A stretch of 64,000 nucleotides of DNA. Source: Syntrophothermus sp. DTU052. GTDB taxonomy: Bacteria; Bacillota; Syntrophomonadia; Syntrophomonadales; DTU052. Positions 8,494-17,834 of the stretch are shown here, one piece after another; the stretch's first letter is position 1; every line of letters begins with the position of its first letter. The DNA lies in NCBI GenBank assembly GCA_001512495.1, contig LFRU01000095.1, positions 9,480-73,479 on the forward strand. The letters are read 5' to 3'. The notes beneath the pieces were generated by a model. The model saw nothing but the letters and a program-made list of their open reading frames with translations, was not told the DNA's origin and did no database searches. The position numbers were made by a program, and so were the translations under genes.

Positions 8494-10164
8494 ATGCTTA
8501 GGGAACTGTATATCAAAAACATGGTTTTAATCGATGAACTGCGGCTGCAGTTCGGTGCGGGGCTAAACGTCCTGACTGGAGAAACCGGTACCGGCAAATC
8601 GATTGTTGTTGACTGCATGGAACTTCTGGTGGGTGAGCGTTTCAATTCTGATGTGATTCGCAGCCATGATCAGAAGTGCCTGGTCGAAGGAGTATTTGAA
8701 GTAATGCCCGACTCCCCACTGACGCAATTCCTGCAGGAGAAGAACCTGTGGGAGGATGAGGATGAACTCTTGATAATCTGCCGAGAAATTACGCCTCAGG
8801 GGAGGAGCATCAACCGGGTCAATGGACATACGGTCACTGCGGCTATGCTGAGAAACCTGGCCGAGTATCTGGTGGATATACATATGCAGAACGATAACCA
8901 GCAGGTCTTAAACCCGCGGTTTCACCGTCAATTCCTGGACAGCCTTTCTTCCGAGGTAAGAGAAATACTGCCCCGTTTGGAAAAAGCCTACCACGAATGG
9001 CAGACGACCATGAACCGCATTGAAGAATTGAGGGCTCTTAAGGAACAGAAAGCCCGGGATTTGGATTTTATCGAATACCAGATAGGTGAGATTGAGTCTG
9101 CGGCTCTGGTGGAAGGTGAGGATGAGGAACTGCTGGCGGAGAGAGCCCGGCTCCTCAACTGGGAAAAGTTATTAAACACCCTGTCCCAGGTTGATAACCT
9201 GGTCTTTGAGGACGGCAATGGTGCGCTGGTGCGGCTGGCCCAGGCCCGGCAGGCCTTGCTCGGTATCGATGACAGCTTTTTTACGGAGCTTGCTGCCGTT
9301 ATCGATGAGGCCTACTATATGCTTGAGGATATCAAGCCCCGGATAGCTCGTTTCCGGGACGAAGAAGAGTATGATCCGGTACGCCTGGAGGTTATCGAAG
9401 AACGATTGCAGCTCTTGAACAAGATCAAACGTAAGTATGGCGGCACCATTGCCGCTGCTTCAGATTACCTGATGGAATTGAAAAATCAGAGGAGGTCGCT
9501 GGAAGATCTGGAGTATCAGACTCGGGAGTTGGAGGAGAGAAAGCAGGAGCGGTGGAAAGAGTACCGTGAACTGGCAGCCGGGGTTTCAAGTTTTCGTCAC
9601 CAGGCTGCTCGTGCTCTCGAGGCCAGAATAGAGGAGGAACTGGCCCAGCTATCCATGCCCGGGGTAACATTTAGGATAGATGTCAATCCGGCTGCCCCTA
9701 CCGCTGCGGGGATTGACGAGGTGGTCTTCCAGTTTTCCGCCAACCCCGGAGAAGCACCCCGTCCCATCAACAAGATCGCCTCCGGGGGCGAATCGTCCCG
9801 CTTCATTCTGGCGCTTAAAACCGCCCTGGCTGATGTCTACCGCGTACCGGTCCTGGTCTTTGATGAGATCGACGCCGGTGTGGGGGGACAGGCCTTGCTG
9901 CAGGTTGGAGCCAGGCTGCAGAAGTTATCCCGGAATCACCAGGTGATTCTGGTCACCCACTCCCCACAGATCGCCTGTCTGGCAGACAGCCATCAACAGC
10001 TGGAGAAAGTCTATGAATCCGGTGAGACCCGCGTAACTGCCCGGGTTCTTGACTTCGAGGGAAGAGTTGTTGAGCTTTCTCGAATGCTGGCCGGGGATAA
10101 TGCAGACGGTATCGCGTGGGAACACGCCCGCCAAATGTTAATGAACGCCTGTAATAACAGGTAA
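8494..10164 (+). CDS. recN: DNA repair protein RecN
   Basis: Walker A GETGTGKS, coiled-coil middle, signature SGGESSR, Walker B VLVFDEIDAGVGG. Confidence 0.95.
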   Translation: MLRELYIKNMVLIDELRLQFGAGLNVLTGETGTGKSIVVDCMELLVGERFNSDVIRSHDQKCLVEGVFEVMPDSPLTQFLQEKNLWEDEDELLIICREITPQGRSINRVNGHTVTAAMLRNLAEYLVDIHMQNDNQQVLNPRFHRQFLDSLSSEVREILPRLEKAYHEWQTTMNRIEELRALKEQKARDLDFIEYQIGEIESAALVEGEDEELLAERARLLNWEKLLNTLSQVDNLVFEDGNGALVRLAQARQALLGIDDSFFTELAAVIDEAYYMLEDIKPRIARFRDEEEYDPVRLEVIEERLQLLNKIKRKYGGTIAAASDYLMELKNQRRSLEDLEYQTRELEERKQERWKEYRELAAGVSSFRHQAARALEARIEEELAQLSMPGVTFRIDVNPAAPTAAGIDEVVFQFSANPGEAPRPINKIASGGESSRFILALKTALADVYRVPVLVFDEIDAGVGGQALLQVGARLQKLSRNHQVILVTHSPQIACLADSHQQLEKVYESGETRVTARVLDFEGRVVELSRMLAGDNADGIAWEHARQMLMNACNNR

Positions 10165-10348
10165 AACCAGACCCATCAACTACATATCTCCCGTTACTTG
10201 AGGTTAAATTAACCGAAAGCATCTCGAAGTCCTGTGATATCATCCATTTCCAGGTGATTACCGTGCCTGAACGGCACTGATGCCGGCTTTAGGTTGGGAC
10301 TCATAATCAGTTCCGGGTGATTCACCGGCCTTTTCAGGAGTTTGAGCT

Positions 10349-11668
10349 TTGTCACGGCAAGAGATTCGTAGAATAATCGGATTCATTCTGGCCCTGTTAT
10401 TATTTGGCGCATCCCTAACCCCGCCGGTGAACCGCTTTCTGTGCCTGCCCAGTACGGCTCGTCTGGTGGTGGGGGAGCAGATGACGGTAAGCCTTCCTCT
10501 GCCGGATGCAATTAAAAACAGATTGAGGTTCTCTGTGGGGGATACCCTGCAGTCTACCCAACCGGCGGTAGTGGTTGAAAGCGAAGGGGAAGGCTACCAC
10601 CTGAAAGCCATGAAGCCGGGTCAGGTTGAGATAACCCTTAAGCTCTGGGGCTTAATTCCCCTTAAATCAATTCGGGTGGAATCGCTGCCTCCTTACCGGC
10701 TCCTGCCCGGAGGTCATTCCATCGGTATCATGCTGCAATCACAGGGGATTATGGTGGTAGGATTTGCCCCCATCACCGGATCCAAGGGGCAGAAATACTA
10801 CCCGGCCCGCGATGCGGGAGTTGAGATCGGCGATCTGATAATTGAGGTAAACGGACAACCGGTCAAGACCGAGCTGGAACTGGCTGAAGCCATTGACCGG
10901 CAGGGGCAGAAACGCTTAAAGTCCAGCCTCCTGATCAACAGGGACGAGCAGCAGATGAACATTGACGTCAAAACCGGCTATTGCCAGGAAACGCAAAGGT
11001 ACCGGGTGGGGCTGTACGTGCGTGACGGGGTAGCCGGAGTCGGAACCTTAACCGCATGGGACCCCGTAACATACCGCTTTGCCGCTCTGGGTCATGTGAT
11101 TGTGGATACCGATACCAGACAGGTGATCAAAATGAGGGAGGGGAGGATTGTCAGCGCTTCGATTCGAGCCATTCAACCCGGCAGGCCGGGAAAACCGGGA
11201 GAGAAAATCGGGCTCTTTGACCGCGAGGGTAATATCAGCGGCCGAATTATATCCAATTCCCACTTTGGTGTATTTGGGGTCACGGATGGAAAACTGGAAA
11301 ACAATCTTTATTCCAGCCCCCTGCCGGTAGCTTACGCTCATCAGGTAAAAAAAGGCAAAGCCCAAATCCTCACCGTGATTAATGAGCGCAGGATCGAGTG
11401 TTTTGATATAATCATTGAAAAAGTGTATCCTTACCGCCGCAACGGTAAGGGCATGGTCCTGCGGGTGATTGATGAGAGGCTGTTATCGGCGGCTGGAGGT
11501 ATTGTTCAGGGCATGAGCGGAAGTCCTATAATTCAGGATGGACGCATAGTCGGAGCCATCACCCATGTCTTTTTAAACAACCCGGAAAAGGGCTATGGTA
11601 TATTAATGGACACCCTCTTGGAGGAGATGAATGACTATCAAGTTTTTTCTCGACAAATTGCCCAATAG
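10349..11668 (+). CDS. spoIVB: SpoIVB peptidase (S55)
   Basis: N-terminal TM segment, PDZ-like segment (GDLIIEVNGQPV), S55 domain with GMSGSPI. Canonical position next to spo0A and recN. TTG start with SD CAGGAG. Confidence 0.9.
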   Translation: MSRQEIRRIIGFILALLLFGASLTPPVNRFLCLPSTARLVVGEQMTVSLPLPDAIKNRLRFSVGDTLQSTQPAVVVESEGEGYHLKAMKPGQVEITLKLWGLIPLKSIRVESLPPYRLLPGGHSIGIMLQSQGIMVVGFAPITGSKGQKYYPARDAGVEIGDLIIEVNGQPVKTELELAEAIDRQGQKRLKSSLLINRDEQQMNIDVKTGYCQETQRYRVGLYVRDGVAGVGTLTAWDPVTYRFAALGHVIVDTDTRQVIKMREGRIVSASIRAIQPGRPGKPGEKIGLFDREGNISGRIISNSHFGVFGVTDGKLENNLYSSPLPVAYAHQVKKGKAQILTVINERRIECFDIIIEKVYPYRRNGKGMVLRVIDERLLSAAGGIVQGMSGSPIIQDGRIVGAITHVFLNNPEKGYGILMDTLLEEMNDYQVFSRQIAQ

Positions 11669-11825
11669 GGCGACATGCTGAAGAGGCCGACAAAATCCAA
11701 AAAATGGAAATACAGCACCACAGCACTTATAAACCAGTATATATCAACTGCTCTTTTTAATTCATAATCTTACAGGTTTATACGATTATCTGTAATATAT
11801 TAGGGCATTTTCACCACCACAAAAT

Positions 11826-11854
11826 AGAGGGAAATAAGGGGGGGCGTCGAAAAT
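11826..11854 (+). promoter_or_regulatory. sigma-H-type promoter candidate for spo0A
   Basis: AGAGGGAAA, 11-nt spacer, GTCGAAAAT compared with the consensus RNAGGAWWW-N11/12-RNNGAATWW (8/9 and 8/9). The -10 overlaps a 0A-box-like CGTCGAA. Confidence 0.3.
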
Positions 11855-11900
11855 GCTTTAATAGGAGTTTTCAAGTCTAAGCACGATGGGGAGGTTTGTT

Positions 11901-12665
11901 ATGACTGGTGCGATAAAGGTACTTATTGCCGATGACAACCGTGACTTCTGTAGTATCTTAAGGGATTTCTTTTCCAATAACCCTGACTTTGAGTTGGTGG
12001 ATGTCTGCTCAAACGGATTGGAGGTTTTAGAAGCACTCAATAAAAAGGAGACTGATGTCCTGGTTTTGGATCTGATCATGCCCCATATGGATGGGATCGG
12101 GGTTTTGGAAAAGATGGTCGATATGAAACCAAGACCCAAGGTTATCATCCTGACCGCTTTTGGCCAGGAAAATATAACCCAGAAGGCAGTTCAGTTGGGT
12201 GCTGATTACTATATTCTCAAGCCGTTTAATCTCCAGGTTCTTGGAGACCGGGTGAGACAGGTGGTCAGAGACAGGGTTGAGTCAGCTCCGCGGGCAATCC
12301 CGGTTACCAAACGGGACCTGGAGGTGGATGTTACCCGCATCATTCACGAGATTGGAGTTCCCGCCCATGTGAAGGGGTACCAGTATTTAAGAGATGCTAT
12401 AATGCTGGTAGTGGAAGAGATTAATTACCTGGGCGCCGTGACCAAGGAACTCTACCCGGCTATTGCCGACAAGTATGACACCACGCCCAGCCGTGTTGAA
12501 CGGGCCATCCGCCATGCGATCGAGTTGGCATGGGACCGGGGTGACCTGGAACGAATCAACAAGTTTTTTGGGTATACGATAAACGGCGATCGTGGTAAAC
12601 CTACCAATTCAGAATTTATTGCCATAATAGCGGACAAACTGAGGCTGGAAACGAAAGTCAGTTAA
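11901..12665 (+). CDS. spo0A: sporulation master regulator Spo0A
   Basis: Receiver domain (KVLIADDN..., [14 protein letters not shown]) plus Spo0A-specific C-terminal domain ([32 protein letters not shown]). SD GGGGAGG precedes ATG 11901. Confidence 0.95.
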   Translation: MTGAIKVLIADDNRDFCSILRDFFSNNPDFELVDVCSNGLEVLEALNKKETDVLVLDLIMPHMDGIGVLEKMVDMKPRPKVIILTAFGQENITQKAVQLGADYYILKPFNLQVLGDRVRQVVRDRVESAPRAIPVTKRDLEVDVTRIIHEIGVPAHVKGYQYLRDAIMLVVEEINYLGAVTKELYPAIADKYDTTPSRVERAIRHAIELAWDRGDLERINKFFGYTINGDRGKPTNSEFIAIIADKLRLETKVS

Positions 12666-12764
12666 CCCTATTAGGCAGGCAATCACATATGCAGGTTGAA
12701 TAAGCCTCAACGATTGATTTGCAGGATTATGCACAGTTGCGCAAACGCCTCCGATTTACCATAA

Positions 12765-12792
12765 TCGACAGACTTGGATCGACAGACTTGGA
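12765..12792. repeat. perfect tandem duplication of a 14-bp unit (TCGACAGACTTGGA x2)
   Basis: Read directly from the sequence. Each unit, with its preceding base, gives ATCGACA, 6/7 to the reverse 0A-box TTCGACA. Confidence 0.9.
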
Positions 12793-13020
12793 CCTGAAAA
12801 ATCCGCATTTGTACCGCACAGCATAGAATGGGTTTATATTTTTGAAACGATGGATACAAAATAAGAAAACCAGGGTTATCCAGCTCAGAAAAGGATAACA
12901 CTGTATCACTACGGGGTATTCGGGCGAAAAAATCATAACGCTATTCTGTTTCGGAGTCGCCGATTATTTGCATCCGAGGCCTCGTGACATCACAGCCCAA
13001 GAAAACAGAAATGGCTCTCT

Positions 13021-13044
13021 AGCCTGATATACAGGCTTTTTTTT
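13021..13044 (+). terminator. intrinsic terminator-like hairpin just upstream of steA
   Basis: AGCCTG-ATATA-CAGGCT followed by T8. It lies 25 nt before the steA start. Confidence 0.6.
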
Positions 13045-13069
13045 GACCGGTATATTGGGGAGTGATAAC

Positions 13070-14191
13070 ATGTACCACAAGGGCAAAGCCAGGCTGGACC
13101 GGCGGACCAAGAACCTGGTACAGCGGCTGCGCAAGGGTGAAATCGCCATAATAGACCATGAGGACATTGACGAGGTGGCGGCGAAGAGCCTGATTGAGAT
13201 TCATCCCCAGGCGATCATCAACGCCCAGCCCTCAATAACCGGAAGGTATTCAACCAAAGGGGTTTACAAGATCCTGAAGGCGGGTATAACGGTTATTGAT
13301 AATGTGGGTGATGATATCTTTGACCAGGTTAAAGAGGGCTCACTGATCGAAATCAAGGATGGTGTGGTTTTGGCTTCCGGCCAGACGGTTGCTCAGGGCA
13401 ACGTTCTTACCCTTGATAATGTCCGGGAAAAACTGTCGGAAGCCAGGGAAAACCTGAAACTGGAGCTGGATAGTTTCGTCGAAAACACCCTGGATTACGC
13501 CCGGCGGGAAAAGGATATCATCCTGGGATACATTGAGCTGCCGGAACTTGAAACCAAAATCGAGAACCGTCACGTACTTATTGTGGTCCGGGGTAAGAAT
13601 TACAAGGAAGACCTGCGGGCAATAAGGGGTTATCTGCGGGATGAGAAACCCGTGCTGATTGGGGTTGACGGGGGGGCCGATGCCCTTATTGAGTTCGGCT
13701 ACACTCCGGATATCATTGTTGGCGATATGGACAGCGTTTCCGATGAGGCTCTGCGCTCGGGAGCCGAGATCGTGGTGCATGCCTATTCCAATGGTGATGC
13801 ACCGGGGCTTTCCCGGTTAAGTGACATGGGGATACCGGTCAAGCTTCTGCCGATGCCCGGGACCAGTGAAGATGTGGCCATGGTCATGGCCTATGAAAAA
13901 GGGGCTTCATTGATTGTCGCGGTCGGGACCCATTCCAATATGGTGGACTTCCTGGAAAAAGGGCGCAAGGGCATGGCCAGCACCTTCCTGGTGCGGCTCA
14001 AGGTTGGTTCCATTCTGGTGGATGCCAAAGGGGTAAGCCAGCTTTATCCGAAGAACCTGAAGGCGAAATACCTGATTCAGCTGTTGGTGGCCGCACTGGT
14101 TCCGATCGTGATTATACTGTGGGCTGCACCTTCAACCAGGCCGTTTTTCAGATTGATTGTTCTGCAGCTCAAACTGCTTTTTAATATGTAA
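13070..14191 (+). CDS. steA: SteA-like putative cytokinetic ring protein
   Basis: GKARLDRRTKNLVQRLRKGEIAIIDHEDIDEVAA...INAQPSITGRY matches the SteA N-terminus. Thiamine-pyrophosphokinase-like core (GVDGGAD, VGDMDS) and a C-terminal TM helix. SD GGGGAG precedes ATG 13070. Confidence 0.75.
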   Translation: MYHKGKARLDRRTKNLVQRLRKGEIAIIDHEDIDEVAAKSLIEIHPQAIINAQPSITGRYSTKGVYKILKAGITVIDNVGDDIFDQVKEGSLIEIKDGVVLASGQTVAQGNVLTLDNVREKLSEARENLKLELDSFVENTLDYARREKDIILGYIELPELETKIENRHVLIVVRGKNYKEDLRAIRGYLRDEKPVLIGVDGGADALIEFGYTPDIIVGDMDSVSDEALRSGAEIVVHAYSNGDAPGLSRLSDMGIPVKLLPMPGTSEDVAMVMAYEKGASLIVAVGTHSNMVDFLEKGRKGMASTFLVRLKVGSILVDAKGVSQLYPKNLKAKYLIQLLVAALVPIVIILWAAPSTRPFFRLIVLQLKLLFNM

Positions 14192-14308
14192 CACCGGGAC
14201 GAACCGCAGTCACAAGGTGTTTGAAGCAATACAAAAAAAGAGGAGGGCTGCAACCATTCCGAGCCTTAGAATGGTCCGTACTGCTGATTTGGAGTGGGGT
14301 GCTATTGA

Positions 14309-15211
14309 ATGTTCGATATACGTTATCACGTAGCTTCCCTGGTTGCGATCTTTATTGCCCTGGGAGTGGGGATTCTAATCGGGAGCACTCTCGTGGGCGG
14401 GGATGTTATGATAGAGCAGCAGCAGAAGATGATATCTCAGCTGGAGGCCCAGTTTGATGAATTGAGACAACGGGAGAGTGAAATGGCGGAAGAAAACCAA
14501 TTTATGGGCAGGTTAACCCGCTATTACGAGGAATTCAGTAAGGCAGTGAGTCCTCCTCTGATTAAGAACCGCTTGAACGGGTATCGGATTGCCATCATTG
14601 TTACCGGAGGACAGGAGATCCCCGCCGGATTGTTGAACAGCCTTACCCTGGCGGGTGCGAGGGTTGATTCCACCACTGTGATACTCCCGGGTATCCAGCT
14701 TCGCGATTCCGAACTGTTGATTAAGGTCTGCGATTTTTACCAGTTGGATCACAGTACGCCCCCGGATGAGCTCCGAAAAATGGCGGCTCTCAGTACCGCG
14801 GGAATTGTGGTTAAGGGCGGAGACACCGAGGTTCGCGATTTCCTGGAGGATAATAACCTGGTCAGATTTGACGGGGACTACGGGGGAGATCTGAACGAGG
14901 TGATCATTCTGGGGGGCGCAGAGGACGAGAGGTATTATCACCCGGGGAGTGTGGATGCCTGGTTGATAAGGAGCTTCCAGAACTACAATAAGAACGTCCT
15001 GGGCTGTGAGACCTCCAGAGTTGCCATGAGCTACATACCCACCTACCAGGAGTTTGAGATCAGTACCGTTGACGATATCGACCTGACTCCGGGGCAGATT
15101 TCGCTGATCAGAGCCATTGAAGGAGAGGTCGGAGATTACGGCATCAAGGACAGCGCCAGGAAGTTTATGCCCGCCCTGCCGGCGGAATACCTGCGGGGAG
15201 ATTTTCGATGA
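14309..15211 (+). CDS. steB: SteB / copper transporter (MctB)-family membrane-anchored protein
   Basis: N-terminus MFDIRYHVASLVAIFIALGVGILIG followed by a coiled coil, as in the DUF3186/MctB family. Directly follows steA. Confidence 0.7.
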   Translation: MFDIRYHVASLVAIFIALGVGILIGSTLVGGDVMIEQQQKMISQLEAQFDELRQRESEMAEENQFMGRLTRYYEEFSKAVSPPLIKNRLNGYRIAIIVTGGQEIPAGLLNSLTLAGARVDSTTVILPGIQLRDSELLIKVCDFYQLDHSTPPDELRKMAALSTAGIVVKGGDTEVRDFLEDNNLVRFDGDYGGDLNEVIILGGAEDERYYHPGSVDAWLIRSFQNYNKNVLGCETSRVAMSYIPTYQEFEISTVDDIDLTPGQISLIRAIEGEVGDYGIKDSARKFMPALPAEYLRGDFR

Positions 15212-15870
15212 GGGTGGCGGCGATAGTCCCGGCATATAATGAGGAGAACCGCATCGCGTCCACCCTGAAGGCCATCCAGGAGATCCCGGAAATAAACGTA
15301 ATTCGTGTTGTAAACGACGGCTCAACCGATCGTACCGCTGAGATCGCCAGAGAATCCGGGGTGGAGGTTGTAAATCTTACCGCCAACGTGGGTAAAGGCG
15401 AGGCTATAAACCGCGGGGTACGGGGAGTGGAGGCTGATGTATTTATTTTCCTGGATGCGGATCTTGGAGATACGGCCCGGGAAGCGGCCAGGATTCTGAG
15501 GCCGGTCTTGAACGGGGAGGCGGACCTATGTGTGGCCAGGTTTCCACCCCCTAAGAAAAAAGGGGGTATTGGGATGGTGAAACGTCTGGCAGCCTGGGGC
15601 ATTGCCCGCGAAGGGATGATAGCTCGGGAGCCGCTGAGCGGTCAGCGGGCTATGACTTCTCAGGTATTACAGGATATTCTGCCCTTCCATTCCGGCTTTG
15701 GGATTGAAGTCGGCATGACCATCCGTGCACTACGACGGGGCTACAGGATTATCGAGGTACCGGTTCAGATGAGCCATGCCGAAACCGGCCGCAACCTCAA
15801 GGGATTCATCCACCGCGGGCGGCAGTTCCTGGATGTGGCCCGGGTGATACTGGCGGAGAACAGGAGGTAG
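15208..15870 (+). CDS. glycosyltransferase family 2
   Basis: AAIVPAYNEE...VVNDGSTDRT...LDADL motifs. ATGA overlap with steB. Confidence 0.8.
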   Translation: MRVAAIVPAYNEENRIASTLKAIQEIPEINVIRVVNDGSTDRTAEIARESGVEVVNLTANVGKGEAINRGVRGVEADVFIFLDADLGDTAREAARILRPVLNGEADLCVARFPPPKKKGGIGMVKRLAAWGIAREGMIAREPLSGQRAMTSQVLQDILPFHSGFGIEVGMTIRALRRGYRIIEVPVQMSHAETGRNLKGFIHRGRQFLDVARVILAENRR

Positions 15871-15874
15871 CAGA

Positions 15875-16717
15875 TTGGGCTGGGACCCTGGATACCTGGC
15901 GGCTTTTGTCCTTATCATGGCCATTTTGCTGGAGACGGTAGTGATGCATATTGTGCTGCCCATGCTGGCCCGCTATGGTGCGCTGAGAGAAAACTATCGT
16001 CGTGACCTGGTACCGGTGGCCGGGGGTATAACCTTTCCCATAACCGTCCTCTTGTGCTATATCCTTATCCAGCTGTCGACCGGCTATACCGGGAACAGCT
16101 TTAACCTTTACCTCTTGGCGGTAATGGGGATGGCTTTTCTGGGGTTTGTGGACGATATGCTGGGGCAGCGGGATTCTCTGGGATTTCGCGGGCATTTCGG
16201 CCGTCTGTTCAAAAAAGGGGAACTCACTACCGGAGCCTTGAAGGCATTGGGAGGAGGCATAATTGCTGTTTATGTCTCTCTTTTTTATTCCCGTACCCTT
16301 GGAGAATTCTTAGTAAATGTCCTGGTTATCGCTCTTTTCACCAATTGCATGAATCTGTTCGATCTGCGTCCGGGACGGTGTATCAAAGCCTTTGTACTTA
16401 TTTTTCTCCCCATGCTGGCGTATTCCGGCAGCTATTTAATCCTGTTTATTCCCATAGCCGGTGCGGTTTTGGCCTATTTTCCATACGATGTTAAAGCACG
16501 AGTAATGATGGGGGATACCGGTTCCAATGTTCTGGGGGTAACACTGGGCGTTATGGCGGTCTATGGACTGGAACTGCCGACCAGGCTGTTGCTCCTAGTC
16601 GTATTAATACTGCTGCACATTTTTACGGAAAGGTATTCGTTGAGTAAAATTATTGATAATAACCGTTTCTTACGTTGGTTTGACCGGTTAGGAAGGAGTG
16701 ACGGTAGTACTGGTTAA
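15875..16717 (+). CDS. MraY/WecA-like (GT4-family) polyprenyl-phosphate sugar-phosphate transferase, divergent
   Basis: About 10 TM segments with FLGFVDDMLG and NCMNLFDLRPG motifs. TTG start 7 nt after SD CAGGAGG. Confidence 0.55.
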   Translation: MGWDPGYLAAFVLIMAILLETVVMHIVLPMLARYGALRENYRRDLVPVAGGITFPITVLLCYILIQLSTGYTGNSFNLYLLAVMGMAFLGFVDDMLGQRDSLGFRGHFGRLFKKGELTTGALKALGGGIIAVYVSLFYSRTLGEFLVNVLVIALFTNCMNLFDLRPGRCIKAFVLIFLPMLAYSGSYLILFIPIAGAVLAYFPYDVKARVMMGDTGSNVLGVTLGVMAVYGLELPTRLLLLVVLILLHIFTERYSLSKIIDNNRFLRWFDRLGRSDGSTG

Positions 16718-17834
16718 CAGGGACAGATTGGTTGACAGTTTTTTAACTCTGGTCAGGATTGATTCGGAGTCAGGGCAGGAAGGGGCTGTACGGGACTACC
16801 TTAAGGAGCGGCTGCAGAACCTGGGAATGGAGGTCTATGAGGACGGAGCCGGCAGGGCCCTGGGGGGTGAAGCGGGCAACCTGATTGCCTGGAGACCGGG
16901 AAAGCTGTCCGGGCCGTCGATCTTCCTGGGTGCACACATGGACACCGTGGTGCCGGGAAGAGGCGTAAAACCGGTGCTGGAGGATGAAATCATCCGCTCT
17001 TCTGGAGACACCGTTCTCGGCGGCGATGACAAGGCCGGGGTCGCGGTCATCATGGAAGCGTTACAGGTGATTGACGAGCGGAATATACCCCACCCCCCGC
17101 TGGAGGTCATTTTCACCGTCAGTGAGGAGCAGGGGTTGATGGGATCGAAGCACCTGGATTTCACCCGGGTCAGATCCAGGATGGGTTTTGTTCTGGACAG
17201 CGATGGGGAAACCGGCCATATCGTGGTGCGGGCTCCTACCCAGAATGAGTTTTCCTTGACGGTGCTGGGCCGAGCCGCTCATGCGGGAATGAATCCAGAA
17301 GAAGGGCTGAATGCTATCTGCCTGGTGGCTTACGCAATTAATCACCTTAATATCGGGAGGATTGATGAGGAAACCACCTGCAACCTGGGTATTATCAGCG
17401 GGGGCAGGGCGCGAAATATCGTGGCTGACCGGGTGGAGCTCAAAGGTGAGGTCAGGAGCCTGACTCCGGCCAAACTGGATGCTGTTACTGGTGAGATGAT
17501 GGCGGTCTTTGAGGAGAAGGTCCGGGAAAAGGGAGGACGGTGTGAGGTGGAAGTCAGGCACCTCTATCCCGCCATCAATCTGGATCCGGAGGAACCGGTG
17601 GTGCAGATTGCAGTAAGAGCCGCCCGGGCTTTGGGTAAGGAACCGGTACTGGCACGCACCGGGGGCGGCAGCGATGCCAATATCTTCAACGGTCAGGGTA
17701 TACGCTGCGCCAACCTTGGGATCGGCATGAAAAAGGTTCACACCACCGAGGAGTATATTGCGGTGAAGAGTCTGGTGGACAGTACCCGCTATATCCTGCA
17801 GATTATTGAAGAGGCAGGGAAAGTGGGATTATGA
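16698..17834 (+). CDS. M20/M42-type metallopeptidase (PepT-like)
   Basis: GAHMDTV, GGDDKAG and SEEQG metal/catalytic motifs. The exact start is uncertain because GTG 16698 overlaps its own SD. Confidence 0.8.
   Translation: MTVVLVNRDRLVDSFLTLVRIDSESGQEGAVRDYLKERLQNLGMEVYEDGAGRALGGEAGNLIAWRPGKLSGPSIFLGAHMDTVVPGRGVKPVLEDEIIRSSGDTVLGGDDKAGVAVIMEALQVIDERNIPHPPLEVIFTVSEEQGLMGSKHLDFTRVRSRMGFVLDSDGETGHIVVRAPTQNEFSLTVLGRAAHAGMNPEEGLNAICLVAYAINHLNIGRIDEETTCNLGIISGGRARNIVADRVELKGEVRSLTPAKLDAVTGEMMAVFEEKVREKGGRCEVEVRHLYPAINLDPEEPVVQIAVRAARALGKEPVLARTGGGSDANIFNGQGIRCANLGIGMKKVHTTEEYIAVKSLVDSTRYILQIIEEAGKVGL

Noticed and set aside
10165-10348. Sigma-F/G promoter for spoIVB around CATAATC (10302-10308).
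   Set aside because: No acceptable GHATR or GYATA -35 element lies at 15-18 nt spacing.
12666-13069. TPP riboswitch upstream of steA, considered because SteA has a thiamine-pyrophosphokinase-like domain.
   Set aside because: The hallmark CUGAGA and ACCUGAUCUGGAUAAUGCC elements are absent. Only a fortuitous CCTGATAT lies inside the terminator stem.
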